Below, piece after piece: positions 14,687-24,702 of a stretch of 64,000 bases of DNA. A program made the translations under genes and the position numbers. The stretch covers positions 1-64,000 of the forward strand of contig CAVPKK010000006.1 in NCBI GenBank assembly GCA_963705705.1, given 5' to 3'. The notes beneath the pieces were generated by a model. It was not told the origin of the DNA. It saw only the letters and a list, made by a program, of their open reading frames with translations, and searched no databases. Numbering within the stretch: the first letter of the stretch is position 1; every line of letters starts with the position of its first letter. This DNA comes from an uncultured bacterium (GTDB lineage Bacteria; Babelota; Babeliae; Babelales; JABCYS01).

Positions 14687-16099
14687 TTAGTGAGACCAGT
14701 TCTCGCCCTGGTCTTCGAATTTGGTGAGTTCCCGAATGAAGTTGAGATACACCGTTCCGGTAGGTCCGTTTCGCTGCTTACCAATGATGAGCTCAGATAA
14801 TGCCGGGTTTTCTGTTTCCGGATTATATACCACATCACGGTAGAGAAACATAATCAAATCTGCATCCTGTTCAATCGCACCCGATTCCCGAAGGTCGGAA
14901 AGTAATGGCCGCTTATCCATACGAGCATCGACGGCTCGAGAGAGCTGCGATAAAGCGATAACGGGAATAGCCAATTCCTTGGCCAATGATTTTAGCGCGC
15001 GGGAAATATCCGAAACTTCCTGGTGGCGATTTTCATGGCGCCGTGCCGGATTGAGCAACTGGAGATAATCAATAATTAAGAGGTTCAGATTGTGTTCCGC
15101 TTTTAATTTCCGGGCTTTGGCTCGAAGATCCATAACCGAGATTGACGGTGTATCATCAATAAATAACTTCAGTTGCGCGAGGCGGCTTGCGGTATTAGTT
15201 ACCTCGATCCATTCATCGGAAGTAATTGAAGCATTTCGCAAATTCTGATGCCCTACACCTGATTCGGTTGAAAGCAGTCGAAGGGTAAGCTGTTCGGCAG
15301 ACATTTCGAGCGAGAAAAGACCTACGGTAAATCCGTCGAGTGCAGCGCGCGTGGCCACATTAAGTGCCAAGGCGGTTTTACCCATCGAAGGTCGGGCAGC
15401 CAATACAATAAGATCGCTATTTTGAAAACCTGAGGTCATCTCATCTAGTTTATGGTAACCGGCTGAGATACCAGTTACTCCCTTACGATTGCTCTTGATG
15501 TCATTAAGATGTTGGAATGTTTTCTTAAGCCAAATATTGAGCTGAACAAAATTGCTGGACGTTCGCTTGTTGGCGATGTTGAAGATGGTTTTTTCCGCCT
15601 CATCAAGCACGCCTTCGATGGCGGTATCATCTTGTTGCTGGTAGCAGCTGGTAATAATTTTTGTGGCCGAGGCAATAAGATCACGCAATACCGACTTTTC
15701 CTTGATAATGCGGGCATGCGCTTCAATCATGCCGATTGATGGTAGCTCTTCTTGTAGCGATAGAAGATACGAGAGGCCGCCGACCGCATCCAAGCTTCCC
15801 TTCTTATTCAAGGAATCCTGTAGGGTTACCAAATCACAGCGGTGAAACTTCTCTGAGATCTCAAATATAGTTTCATAAATGACCTTGTGGCCAGCCATAT
15901 AGAAATCAGTTGGCTGCAAAAAGTCACTTACGGTCTGCAGAGTTTGGTTATCTAAAAGCAAAGAACCGAGAACCGATTTCTCGGCCTCGATACTAAATGG
16001 CAGCTGCTTACCCAGAATTTTTTCAGGGTCTATGGATTGCTGCTGATAGCGGGGTTTGTTTGTTGAGCGCGCGGGTTCCGGCATTGGAGTATCGACCAT
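14687..16099 (-). CDS. dnaB: Replicative DNA helicase
   Basis: AARPSMGKT Walker A, SLEMS, IDYLQL, LSQLSR, DLRESGAIEQDAD, KQRNGPTG. Confidence 0.98.
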   Translation of the reverse strand: MVDTPMPEPARSTNKPRYQQQSIDPEKILGKQLPFSIEAEKSVLGSLLLDNQTLQTVSDFLQPTDFYMAGHKVIYETIFEISEKFHRCDLVTLQDSLNKKGSLDAVGGLSYLLSLQEELPSIGMIEAHARIIKEKSVLRDLIASATKIITSCYQQQDDTAIEGVLDEAEKTIFNIANKRTSSNFVQLNIWLKKTFQHLNDIKSNRKGVTGISAGYHKLDEMTSGFQNSDLIVLAARPSMGKTALALNVATRAALDGFTVGLFSLEMSAEQLTLRLLSTESGVGHQNLRNASITSDEWIEVTNTASRLAQLKLFIDDTPSISVMDLRAKARKLKAEHNLNLLIIDYLQLLNPARRHENRHQEVSDISRALKSLAKELAIPVIALSQLSRAVDARMDKRPLLSDLRESGAIEQDADLIMFLYRDVVYNPETENPALSELIIGKQRNGPTGTVYLNFIRELTKFEDQGENWSH

Positions 16100-16139
16100 C
16101 TATTTGGAGTAGGGTTAATTGCTCATAAATGTGCGCTCG

Positions 16140-16223
16140 TATCCTTCGAAGGGTCAGGACGGGCGGTCTTTCTTAAGCTTGAAATCGCGCTCATCCTGAG
16201 TTAATCGAAGGATAGAGTGCGAA
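16140..16223. repeat. Inverted pair of REP-like elements (CGCTCATCCTGAG-N5-CGAAGGA family)
   Basis: ATCCTTCGAAGGGTCAGGACGGGCGG facing CGCGCTCATCCTGAGTTAATCGAAGGATA; related copies near 16726-16782, 26275-26303, 26362-26390 and 61617-61634. Confidence 0.7.
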
Positions 16224-16256
16224 GACAAACAAGAAAATCAGAAAAATTTATTTAGA

Positions 16257-16696
16257 TTATTCCGATACTATCTTTAAGTGAAACTGAGGCTGCAGCTTCG
16301 AAGTTAGCTTAACGGTAACCTCATACGTCCCAACTTCCTTGATAGATTTATCAAATAGGATTTGGTTTTTAGCAACCTTAACGCCATGCTCAGCCAAAGC
16401 ATCGGCTATTTCTGAGGTGGAAATTGAACCGTAGAGCTTAATTTTATCATGGGTTTTGCGGCGCATAGTAATTTTGAGCGATTTAATATGCTCGGCAAGC
16501 ATAGAAGTTTTGGAGGCAATAACTTCTTTTTTTACTTCAGCCGAACGGCCCATTTGCTTAAAACTTTCACCATTATCACGAACGGCGACTGCAAACTTTT
16601 TAGGAAAGAGAAAGTTGGCGGCATAACCATCGGATACATCTACAATGGTACCGCGCATGCCAACGGCTTCAACATCTTTAATAGGTAAACTTTCAT
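16257..16696 (-). CDS. rplI: 50S ribosomal protein L9
   Basis: [33 protein letters not shown]...KLYGSI...IKEVGTYEV; true start 16696. Confidence 0.95.
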
Positions 16697-16834
16697 GGAA
16701 ACTCCAGCAGATTAATCATTGCGATCCGCTCATCCCGAGTATCCGGCACGCCATAGGCGAAGACGGATGTATCGAGGGACGGTGTCAGAATTTATATTTT
16801 GATGGGGGTAGTATAACCCATTGGCCAGCGACTG

Positions 16835-18160
16835 TCATGACATTGGTTTTATCGGTACAGTTCGTATTCCATCCAACCACCAGGCCCCGGTATGGGCAAT
16901 ATAGAATATCGGCCGCTGCCATTTGATCGATAGAAACCGAGCACTCAGGAACATAAGTTGTTGGTAATAGGTGGCATACCACGCATCGTTGGTCAAAGCT
17001 AAGATCGGAATATTTTTCGGGGCATGAGGGCAGGGATCGGTCGTAGCAGAGTAAAGTTCCCAGCAGATGACAGGAATAGCGAGAAAATGCTCATGGTTTG
17101 GCAGGGGGAGATGAAGTATAGAACAAGAGGCATCGCTTGTGCTAAATGTCTTATTGATGGATAAAAAGTTGTCTCGAAAGAATTTGAAATAATTCCAATG
17201 TGCAGGCAAATATTCTGTAAATGGTTTTAATTTGGTCTTATTATATTTCTGAGATATCCGATCCTGGGAAATATGATACACCGAATTATATAACTTCTCT
17301 TCTTCGCGATAGCCGCCAAGCAGTAGCACGCGATCACCAAGCTCCTGAAATAAAATGGTGCATGCATCTTCGTACTTGTTCAAGGGAAAACAACAGGTGG
17401 ATTCGGGCATCAAAATCAACTTTTTTTCCGGATGTTTATTTGCCAATTGCTGTGCCTGGATCGCAATATCATTCATTATCTCGTATGGATTATAGTGGGG
17501 CCAAGGCAATGGCTGGAGATAGCCAATGGTATTGAGATCAATCGGTGGCTTAATTGGTTTTGAATGCCAAAAAAATCCGCAGAGGAAGGGAAGATAGAGC
17601 AACAAAGCAACCCAGCCAACCCGACTGTTTCGGCATCCAATGATAGAAGAAGAACCGATCAAGCAAAGCAACAGTCCCTCTTCACCTAACCAGGGCAAAA
17701 GCATCAAGGTTTGCGGAACTTGTGCCAGTGGTAAGAGCGGAAATGCGAGGAGCAATCCATCGGCTGTACCGAACGGCAATAAAAGACTCAGGCGATAAAG
17801 TACCGAGAAGAATAGGAGGGTTGAAATAGCAAATGAAAGAACTGGGGCATTGGTTAACCTGCGTAAAAAGCTCGCCAACCAAAACCAAAGTGTGCTTAAT
17901 AATACGAAATTTGTTACCCAGAGCAGACTGGCAAGAAAGCCGGCAAGACTTAGATCGGTCATGCGCAGCAATACTTCCATTATTGCAATAAAATGCAGAC
18001 CAAAAAAAATGATGCCCCAAACCAGGCCATGCCATGCAGACAGTGGAGTTATGCTAGCGGCAACAAAGAGTGGAATTAAAAACAAAAATACCAACCACCA
18101 ACATAAATAGGTGAACATGAAGGCAGCCGCTCCTGCGGCTGCACTTATGCTTATAAGCAA
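16835..18160 (-). CDS. lnt: Apolipoprotein N-acyltransferase-like protein, paralogue A
   Basis: N-terminal TM helices, then nitrilase-fold triad motifs MPES, YNKTKLKPFTEYLP, ICWE, LTNDAWY. Confidence 0.8.
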   Translation of the reverse strand: MLISISAAAGAAAFMFTYLCWWLVFLFLIPLFVAASITPLSAWHGLVWGIIFFGLHFIAIMEVLLRMTDLSLAGFLASLLWVTNFVLLSTLWFWLASFLRRLTNAPVLSFAISTLLFFSVLYRLSLLLPFGTADGLLLAFPLLPLAQVPQTLMLLPWLGEEGLLLCLIGSSSIIGCRNSRVGWVALLLYLPFLCGFFWHSKPIKPPIDLNTIGYLQPLPWPHYNPYEIMNDIAIQAQQLANKHPEKKLILMPESTCCFPLNKYEDACTILFQELGDRVLLLGGYREEEKLYNSVYHISQDRISQKYNKTKLKPFTEYLPAHWNYFKFFRDNFLSINKTFSTSDASCSILHLPLPNHEHFLAIPVICWELYSATTDPCPHAPKNIPILALTNDAWYATYYQQLMFLSARFLSIKWQRPIFYIAHTGAWWLDGIRTVPIKPMS

Positions 18161-18196
18161 ATAGGTAAAAAATTTGGGCTTAATTGGTTGGCCTTA

Positions 18197-18826
18197 TTAT
18201 TTATGAGCGTGTGATTGATGCTGTGTTTTGGCTGCATGTGGTTGTGCAGCTTTTTGAGCTTTGGCAGTTTTGGCTTTGGTGCCAGTCTGCATACCTTGGG
18301 CTGGCATTGTCGGCATATTTGGGTGAATCCCGATAGGAGTGAATGCCTTAGAAAGTTGAGCCTGCAATTGATTGATCGGAGTATTCGGGTTCTGAATAAT
18401 AGTGTTTACGTTTGCAACAATCATTTTCTGCTGAGCAGGTGAAGCCGCCAAAAATTTTTGCGCGGCAACTTGATGCTGACTTTGTGGGATTGTGTTTGCA
18501 ACGTGAAGAACTGCATTCAGCGTTACCGGTCCAAGTTTGGCAAGAGAAGTCAGCGTACCTACTGTTTGGGCTTGTTGATTTGGCGGAAGCGAAGCAAGGT
18601 GTTGCAAGATAAGAGCTTGATTGCCAATTTCCTGACCTTGTATAGCCATCTGCGCTGCAGCCCGCAGATTTGGGGATATTTTCTGAAGCGCTTTCGGAAT
18701 CATTTGCTTAGCCTGCGCATCTGGCGGGCAACCAGCTCCTCTAGAACAATCGGAACCCATTAATAACATTGGATTTAATACTATATTTGCGGTAAGTAAC
18801 ATTACTGATATCTGACGTGAGATCAT
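18197..18826 (-). CDS. Hypothetical Gln/Ala-rich secreted protein
   Basis: 209-aa ORF with a hydrophobic N-terminus, AGAGG RBS and low-complexity tail. Confidence 0.6.
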   Translation of the reverse strand: MISRQISVMLLTANIVLNPMLLMGSDCSRGAGCPPDAQAKQMIPKALQKISPNLRAAAQMAIQGQEIGNQALILQHLASLPPNQQAQTVGTLTSLAKLGPVTLNAVLHVANTIPQSQHQVAAQKFLAASPAQQKMIVANVNTIIQNPNTPINQLQAQLSKAFTPIGIHPNMPTMPAQGMQTGTKAKTAKAQKAAQPHAAKTQHQSHAHK

Positions 18827-18952
18827 ATTTTCCTCTTTTTGCTGACCGCGTACAGTTTGTGAAAAGTAAGTATGGAAGCATGCGGCGGCCGATTATCGCA
18901 CCTTCTTTTTTTGGAGAATATCACGGGCATCTGAGAGATGTCAACGAATCGC

Positions 18953-20095
18953 CTACTTGGCCAAACCAAGTGCTCGGGCCATGCGCATTAAAAATCCAGC
19001 TTTATTTTTTGCTCTGTCGTTAAGATCTTTTTTTAGACTAGAGACAAATTTATCCAACTGCTCTAGTTGTACTTCAGCAAAATAGAGCGCTGCTGCATAT
19101 TCTTTGGCGTCATTGTTATCATGCTTATCACTCAAGATTGCCAATGCACGAATTCCTTTCATTCGATTAATATTAATTGCGGAATTTTTCTTGTGCTTTT
19201 CGATATTAAACTTTACTAATTCATAGACACAAGTATCAATCTTATGTTCCAGCTGGGCAGACGGGTTTGATTGCGAACTTTTTAGTTCAGATAATAGAGA
19301 ATAAAACTTCTTAATAAGTACGTCGTCAGGATAACTTTGAATTACATCCACTGGAAGCTGCTCACGGACAAAGGCTATGCTATCACGAATAGTGGTAATA
19401 AATTTAGATAATGGATCACTACCATTCAAAAAGCCACGTCGAACAACATCAAAAAATTCGCGAGCGGATACGGGCTCATTCCTATTTAAATCTTTTTTCA
19501 TCTGAGCTTTTTCAGCTGCGGTAGCTTGATAAAGAGGATAATTGGCATCCAGATTTTTTTCTGCGACTACTTCTAGCGCTGCCTGGAAAATAATATCATT
19601 CACTTCAAGGATAAATTTATTGATTGTTTCTTGTAAAAAAATCCGCTTGGCAACCTGATAGCGAAAGGTGGTCTCATCAATTTTGCCAGATCTCAGTAGC
19701 TCAATAGCATTGGCATAGGGAAGATTTTCCATCATTACTTGTTCAAGCGCGCACTTAACGATATATCGAATACGCACATCATATTTTGCTTTATCCTCTG
19801 GCCTTGCCTCCATAAAATTCGTGCGCGTTTCCTGCCATTGAGGATTATCGGGCAAATCCATATTTAGCAGTGTTTCGCGAGTTCTTTCTAATGCATGACC
19901 AGGTGTTATCTGGTAAATTTCGTCATGTGCTTCTTTTGCCAAAGCTAGCATTTCGGTATCGCTTAACTCAAGCCTATATGCCCAAGAGGCAGGTTTTAAA
20001 GGATGTTCACGTTGTTCTAAATTTAAGACTAATCCGGCGTGCAAAATGTTTAGCGAAAAACAAGTTAAAACAAGTAATGAAAATAACTTATTCAT
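18953..20095 (-). CDS. Hypothetical secreted helical protein
   Basis: 380-aa ORF, signal peptide MNKLFSLLVLTCFSLNILHA, GAGG RBS. Confidence 0.7.
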   Translation of the reverse strand: MNKLFSLLVLTCFSLNILHAGLVLNLEQREHPLKPASWAYRLELSDTEMLALAKEAHDEIYQITPGHALERTRETLLNMDLPDNPQWQETRTNFMEARPEDKAKYDVRIRYIVKCALEQVMMENLPYANAIELLRSGKIDETTFRYQVAKRIFLQETINKFILEVNDIIFQAALEVVAEKNLDANYPLYQATAAEKAQMKKDLNRNEPVSAREFFDVVRRGFLNGSDPLSKFITTIRDSIAFVREQLPVDVIQSYPDDVLIKKFYSLLSELKSSQSNPSAQLEHKIDTCVYELVKFNIEKHKKNSAININRMKGIRALAILSDKHDNNDAKEYAAALYFAEVQLEQLDKFVSSLKKDLNDRAKNKAGFLMRMARALGLAK

Positions 20096-20214
20096 TCTAA
20101 TCCTCGTATTAAAAAAATGATAAGAGGATTGTAGTAGTGTTTGTGCGCCCTGACAATATGACGTATCAATTTTATTTTGAACCGCGTTGTGGACCTGAGC
20201 AATAAGAATAATTG

Positions 20215-21666
20215 CTAAGCTTTAATCACTTTCATTTCATTACCATTCAACCACCAGGCACCGGTATGAGATACATACAACATTGGCCGCTGCCATTTAA
20301 TAGCTTGAAATCGGGCGGCAAGGAATAAGAGCTTTTGCATGTAGGGGAGATACCAACTGTCGTTGACTAAAGCGAGGATTGGTATGAATCTGGAGACGCC
20401 ACCGCCAGGATCTTTGGGGGCAACATATAATTCCCAACATATTTGGGGAATAACTTGTAGGGTTCCATTTGCAGGCCAACTAAAAGTACAAATGGGGTAG
20501 CGATTTGTGATTCCGCTTTCTCTAAATTCTTTATGGCCATTTAAAAAAATATTTTTAATCCATCCGAATTTATTAAATGGTGAAGGCACATATTCTACAA
20601 ATGGAATTAATTTTGCTTTGGCATAACATTCCGTTATCAGAAGATTGGAACAAAAATATAAACAATTGGCCAATTCCCCCGCAATTTCCCGATGCCCCCC
20701 AAATAATAACGCATGATCCCGGCCGATTTCCTGCATCAATATTTCACTTGCATGCGGTGAACTATTAACGGGGAAACAGCACGTAGATTCTGGCATTACT
20801 ATCAAACTCACTTCGGGATGCTTTTGGGTTAATGCGCGTACTCGCTCTGCAATGTTCTGGGCAACCTCAGTTGGGTTGCAATGTGGCCAGGGCTTCGCTG
20901 ATATATAGCCAACCTGCGCAAGATCAATTGATGGATTAACCTGTTGTGGTTGTTCGAAAAAACCTACGATGAAAACGCTGTACCATATTAATGCCCAACC
21001 GGTGCTTGGCCAATCACCTAATCCTAATTCTTGATCAAGTAAAGCGGGATCGCGTGATTGTTTATTAAAAACAACAGAAGCGCCAGCCGAACCACCCACT
21101 AAAGCGAGAAGTAATAAGCCTGATCCGCCGCCGGCCAGTGTAATAATCAAACTTCTTTTTATTTCCCCTGGCAACAACCACAAGGTCTCTGGCACCTGCG
21201 CCAAAGGAACCAAGGGAGATACAACCAAAAAACCTTCCCATCCGCAAAATGGCAATAGGCAGGCATGATGAATAAAAACAAAAAATAACCACGTTGCGAT
21301 GAAGAATGAAAAAGTAGGTGAGATTTTTGTTGAGCTTGTAAACAAATTTGCCAACCAAAACCAGGCTGCGCTGAGCAGAGAAAAATACCCTACCACGGCC
21401 AGATAGCCAAAGATGGGCAACCACCCTCCTATCATCCGAACCAACAGTGGGATCACGGTTGCAAAATGCAGACCAAAAAAGATGAGCCCCCATAAAAAAC
21501 CTTGTACGGCGGTTAGGGTTGTTTTCTGAACCGCAACAAACAGCGGAATCAAAAATACAAAAACCAACCACCAGCAGTATTGGGGGAAAATGAAGGCGGT
21601 TACGCCGGTTACGGCACTCAGGGCAACGAGGAGGTAGCTGTATAATATGTTATTATTGGTGCGCAT
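20215..21666 (-). CDS. lnt: Apolipoprotein N-acyltransferase-like protein, paralogue B
   Basis: MPES, YAKAKLIPFVEYVP, ICWE, VNDSWY; clear paralogue of 16835..18160. Confidence 0.8.
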   Translation of the reverse strand: MRTNNNILYSYLLVALSAVTGVTAFIFPQYCWWLVFVFLIPLFVAVQKTTLTAVQGFLWGLIFFGLHFATVIPLLVRMIGGWLPIFGYLAVVGYFSLLSAAWFWLANLFTSSTKISPTFSFFIATWLFFVFIHHACLLPFCGWEGFLVVSPLVPLAQVPETLWLLPGEIKRSLIITLAGGGSGLLLLALVGGSAGASVVFNKQSRDPALLDQELGLGDWPSTGWALIWYSVFIVGFFEQPQQVNPSIDLAQVGYISAKPWPHCNPTEVAQNIAERVRALTQKHPEVSLIVMPESTCCFPVNSSPHASEILMQEIGRDHALLFGGHREIAGELANCLYFCSNLLITECYAKAKLIPFVEYVPSPFNKFGWIKNIFLNGHKEFRESGITNRYPICTFSWPANGTLQVIPQICWELYVAPKDPGGGVSRFIPILALVNDSWYLPYMQKLLFLAARFQAIKWQRPMLYVSHTGAWWLNGNEMKVIKA

Positions 21667-21704
21667 TATTCTTTTTTTTGATTAACAACGCAGAAAGATA
21701 CAGC

Positions 21705-23153
21705 ATGCTACGAAAAACAAGAATCCCAATCACACTCGCTTTGCTTGTTTGCATTTTTAACACCCACTTAGCCGCCAGTTCAAAACCAGCTTCCATTTCA
21801 TTCTTAAAATATTGTGAACGGGGGGAAATGAGCTTGAACAATAACTGGCTCCTGATACCTAGTTACACGAAACCTCCGTTGGGCGATTTAGATGGAATTG
21901 AGGACATTGTTGGCGCTAGCAAAATCACCTCGCTTACCTGCCAAGAAAATGAAGTAACTTCAGTCCCTGATGGCATTGGGGCATTGGTTGCTCTCACAGA
22001 TTTTGATTTACGAAGCAATCAGATTGCAACTGTGTCCGCACATTTAGGCAAGCTTACTGAGCTTGTTCATCTGAACCTTGGTCAAAATCAATTAAGGCAA
22101 TTTCCGGAAATTGCCACCCTTCTAAAACTGAAAGCCTTATATCTACAGGACAATCAAATTCCTCGGGTTCCTTCTATCGCATTGCAACAACTTGAACTGA
22201 TATATATCCAAAACAATCAAATCACTGATCTTCATCCAAGCATTGGGGAGTTACGGCGGCTCAGAGAACTCTACTGCTGGAATAATCCAATACCGTTTAC
22301 AGAAAAAGAGTTGCATCGGCGATTAAAGTTGCGACCCGGGGTTATCCTTGTGTTTAAATCTACAATGCAAGAAATGGCCGAAGCCCAATTGTATGAATCT
22401 ATTAGAATGGCTAAAGAAACGGAAGCTCAAAAGGCATTTAAGAGCATTATTACTGGTAAAGTTAGAGGCCCGAACCAACAAAAAATAGATGTAACCAAAA
22501 TACGCGATATCAAAATGTTCGATGAATATGGTAATGAAATAGGAGGCAATAATAATTTATTACATGCGGTGATAGTGGCAATGAATAATAAAAGGAGAGA
22601 AATAAATAATGATGAAGATTTTACTGCGGTCGGCAAGAGAAAACGAATCGCAGTTGCCCATGAATCTTTGAGCAAAATTTTTGGGTATTTTGTCCAGTTT
22701 GGCGGACCCGCTACGGAAATTATGCTGAAGACTCGCAATACACAAGGGGATGATGTCATTACAGCTGCGCTAGCTACGCTGAACTCGCTAAATCGAGAAG
22801 CAATGAATGAGCCGATCCCGATCCTACAGTATCTATTTCAGAAACCACCAGCCGAAAGATTCACCATTATGACGCGTGAATTCGCATCTAGTGATCCGAC
22901 TGAAGAAAAAGATAAGCATGAACTCATTGCACAACGCCAGCGATTGGAGTCACAACCGTCATCGGTTCCTCAACCAGGGCCTGCGCAATCAGCACGCACC
23001 ACCCAAAAGCGAACCGTTTCACACCGGAGCGAAAACGCCAAAAAATCACGTATTACACGGAAAGAAAACGCCACAGAAGAAAATGATTCTGATGCAGTTG
23101 TTCAGCTTGCGCAGCCGACGAAAGAGGCAGAATCTTTAAGCGACCTTGATTAG
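21705..23153 (+). CDS. Secreted leucine-rich-repeat protein
   Basis: Signal peptide, then about six LRRs (LTDFDLRSNQI, LVHLNLGQNQL, LKALYLQDNQI, LRELYCWNNPI). Confidence 0.85.
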   Translation: MLRKTRIPITLALLVCIFNTHLAASSKPASISFLKYCERGEMSLNNNWLLIPSYTKPPLGDLDGIEDIVGASKITSLTCQENEVTSVPDGIGALVALTDFDLRSNQIATVSAHLGKLTELVHLNLGQNQLRQFPEIATLLKLKALYLQDNQIPRVPSIALQQLELIYIQNNQITDLHPSIGELRRLRELYCWNNPIPFTEKELHRRLKLRPGVILVFKSTMQEMAEAQLYESIRMAKETEAQKAFKSIITGKVRGPNQQKIDVTKIRDIKMFDEYGNEIGGNNNLLHAVIVAMNNKRREINNDEDFTAVGKRKRIAVAHESLSKIFGYFVQFGGPATEIMLKTRNTQGDDVITAALATLNSLNREAMNEPIPILQYLFQKPPAERFTIMTREFASSDPTEEKDKHELIAQRQRLESQPSSVPQPGPAQSARTTQKRTVSHRSENAKKSRITRKENATEENDSDAVVQLAQPTKEAESLSDLD

Positions 23154-23315
23154 CTATTTATGACTTTCGCTACTCCCTGTAACTTTTTGAGCAAAAAACC
23201 AAGGGCTTACGTGGACATATAGCAAATATGTCGGGGAAAAGTCGTCCTTTGGGTAAACCGTTTGAGATTATCAATTCAGCAAGTAACCTTTAGGTATTCA
23301 ATGGAAGGACCTTGC

Positions 23316-24665
23316 ATGAAGCAAATCACACTATTAAAACTATTATTGCCCATCACCCTATTCACCTGCGCGCCGGCGGCAGCTACCTCCAATTCTGGAA
23401 ATGTAGGGCCAAGCCAATCTCAAGCCATCCCTTTTCACGATTTTGATGATGAGGATGAGAAAATTAATAGCAGTGCCGCACCATCAAGTGCTCTCATTCG
23501 AGAACGCGAAACTTCAAATGAGTTGGTTCCAGTTGGAAAACTAAGAAACATTAAGAAAGAAGCTTTGCAGCGAGCATTATTTCATAATGTTAGTGAAAGA
23601 GTTTTACCTTGGATTCACAAAGTAGTTGGCCAGCCGTCCTTTTCATTGCCAGCATGTGCTACATGGTCGGCCCTACACAAATTGGATTCGCCCGAAATCT
23701 CGGTAGAAGATTTGCGCGCGGCATTATTTATAGTTGCTATCAGACATGCAACAGCAGCCGAGGTGGAAGTATGGCTTGCTAACGGAATGGATCCAAATAC
23801 TTCTATAATAAATCCGAGTCGATATTGTGACGGACCTTATCCCGTACTTATGCATGCAATTCTCAGAGGCATTAAGGAAGAAAAAAAAGCGACCGAAATT
23901 ATAAAATTACTGCTTGATTATGGAGCTGATGTAAATATTAAGGGTAGGCTAATTCCTGGTGGAAATATGGCACCTGCCTATGAAAGTTGGTTTACACCAC
24001 TCAGTTTAGCGGCAGCTCTACACGCAGCACCGATCATTAAGATATTGTTAGAACGCGGAGCAAATGTAAATGGTTTGCAAGGCCATTCCCCGGCCTCCCA
24101 TTTTGATCAATCACTTGGCGGGAAAATAGGCAGCCCTATTGAGATTGCTTCACATTCACAGATTAACGCTGTTATAAATCCGCCCAATATTTGCTGGCGG
24201 TATTGGAATACGATCTATACCCTACTGCATGCTGGTGTAGCAGATAGATTAATGATGGAGTATCCCGCAAACTGCTTGTATTACTTTTATGCCTTACAAA
24301 GTTATGCGCGTGTGACGGAAAATAATCATATAGTTCATAATGATAATCCTTGGAATAGTCGCCTTCCCTGGCATGCATTATTGCCTCGGCCCGAGGAAAA
24401 TCGTTCACGCCGCATACGGGAAGCTCTTCAGCCATTCATTGCAACAGACCTCCATAATATAGTCATTGGCTATGCGGGCTGCATGCAACCAGAGATCGAA
24501 CAATATATTTATATTAAAACCATTATTCAGGCTTATGAACGCAATCTTCAAGTTATTCTTAACAAAGCCGCAGCAAAGATCCCGGCCTTTAATGGCCGCG
24601 AGACCGACTTCAAGTTTGCCGCGCCAATCATCGGGAAATTTTTGGGCGTAGAAAAGAAAGATTAA
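23316..24665 (+). CDS. Secreted ankyrin-repeat protein with a C-proximal F-box-like helix
   Basis: Signal peptide ending AAATS; IIKLLLDYGADVN, TPLSLAAALHAAPIIKILLERGANVN; FIATDLHNIVIGYA. Confidence 0.85.
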   Translation: MKQITLLKLLLPITLFTCAPAAATSNSGNVGPSQSQAIPFHDFDDEDEKINSSAAPSSALIRERETSNELVPVGKLRNIKKEALQRALFHNVSERVLPWIHKVVGQPSFSLPACATWSALHKLDSPEISVEDLRAALFIVAIRHATAAEVEVWLANGMDPNTSIINPSRYCDGPYPVLMHAILRGIKEEKKATEIIKLLLDYGADVNIKGRLIPGGNMAPAYESWFTPLSLAAALHAAPIIKILLERGANVNGLQGHSPASHFDQSLGGKIGSPIEIASHSQINAVINPPNICWRYWNTIYTLLHAGVADRLMMEYPANCLYYFYALQSYARVTENNHIVHNDNPWNSRLPWHALLPRPEENRSRRIREALQPFIATDLHNIVIGYAGCMQPEIEQYIYIKTIIQAYERNLQVILNKAAAKIPAFNGRETDFKFAAPIIGKFLGVEKKD

Positions 24666-24702
24666 AGTCGTATATCGAAAACTACCAAAAGAAGTAACCA
24701 AC

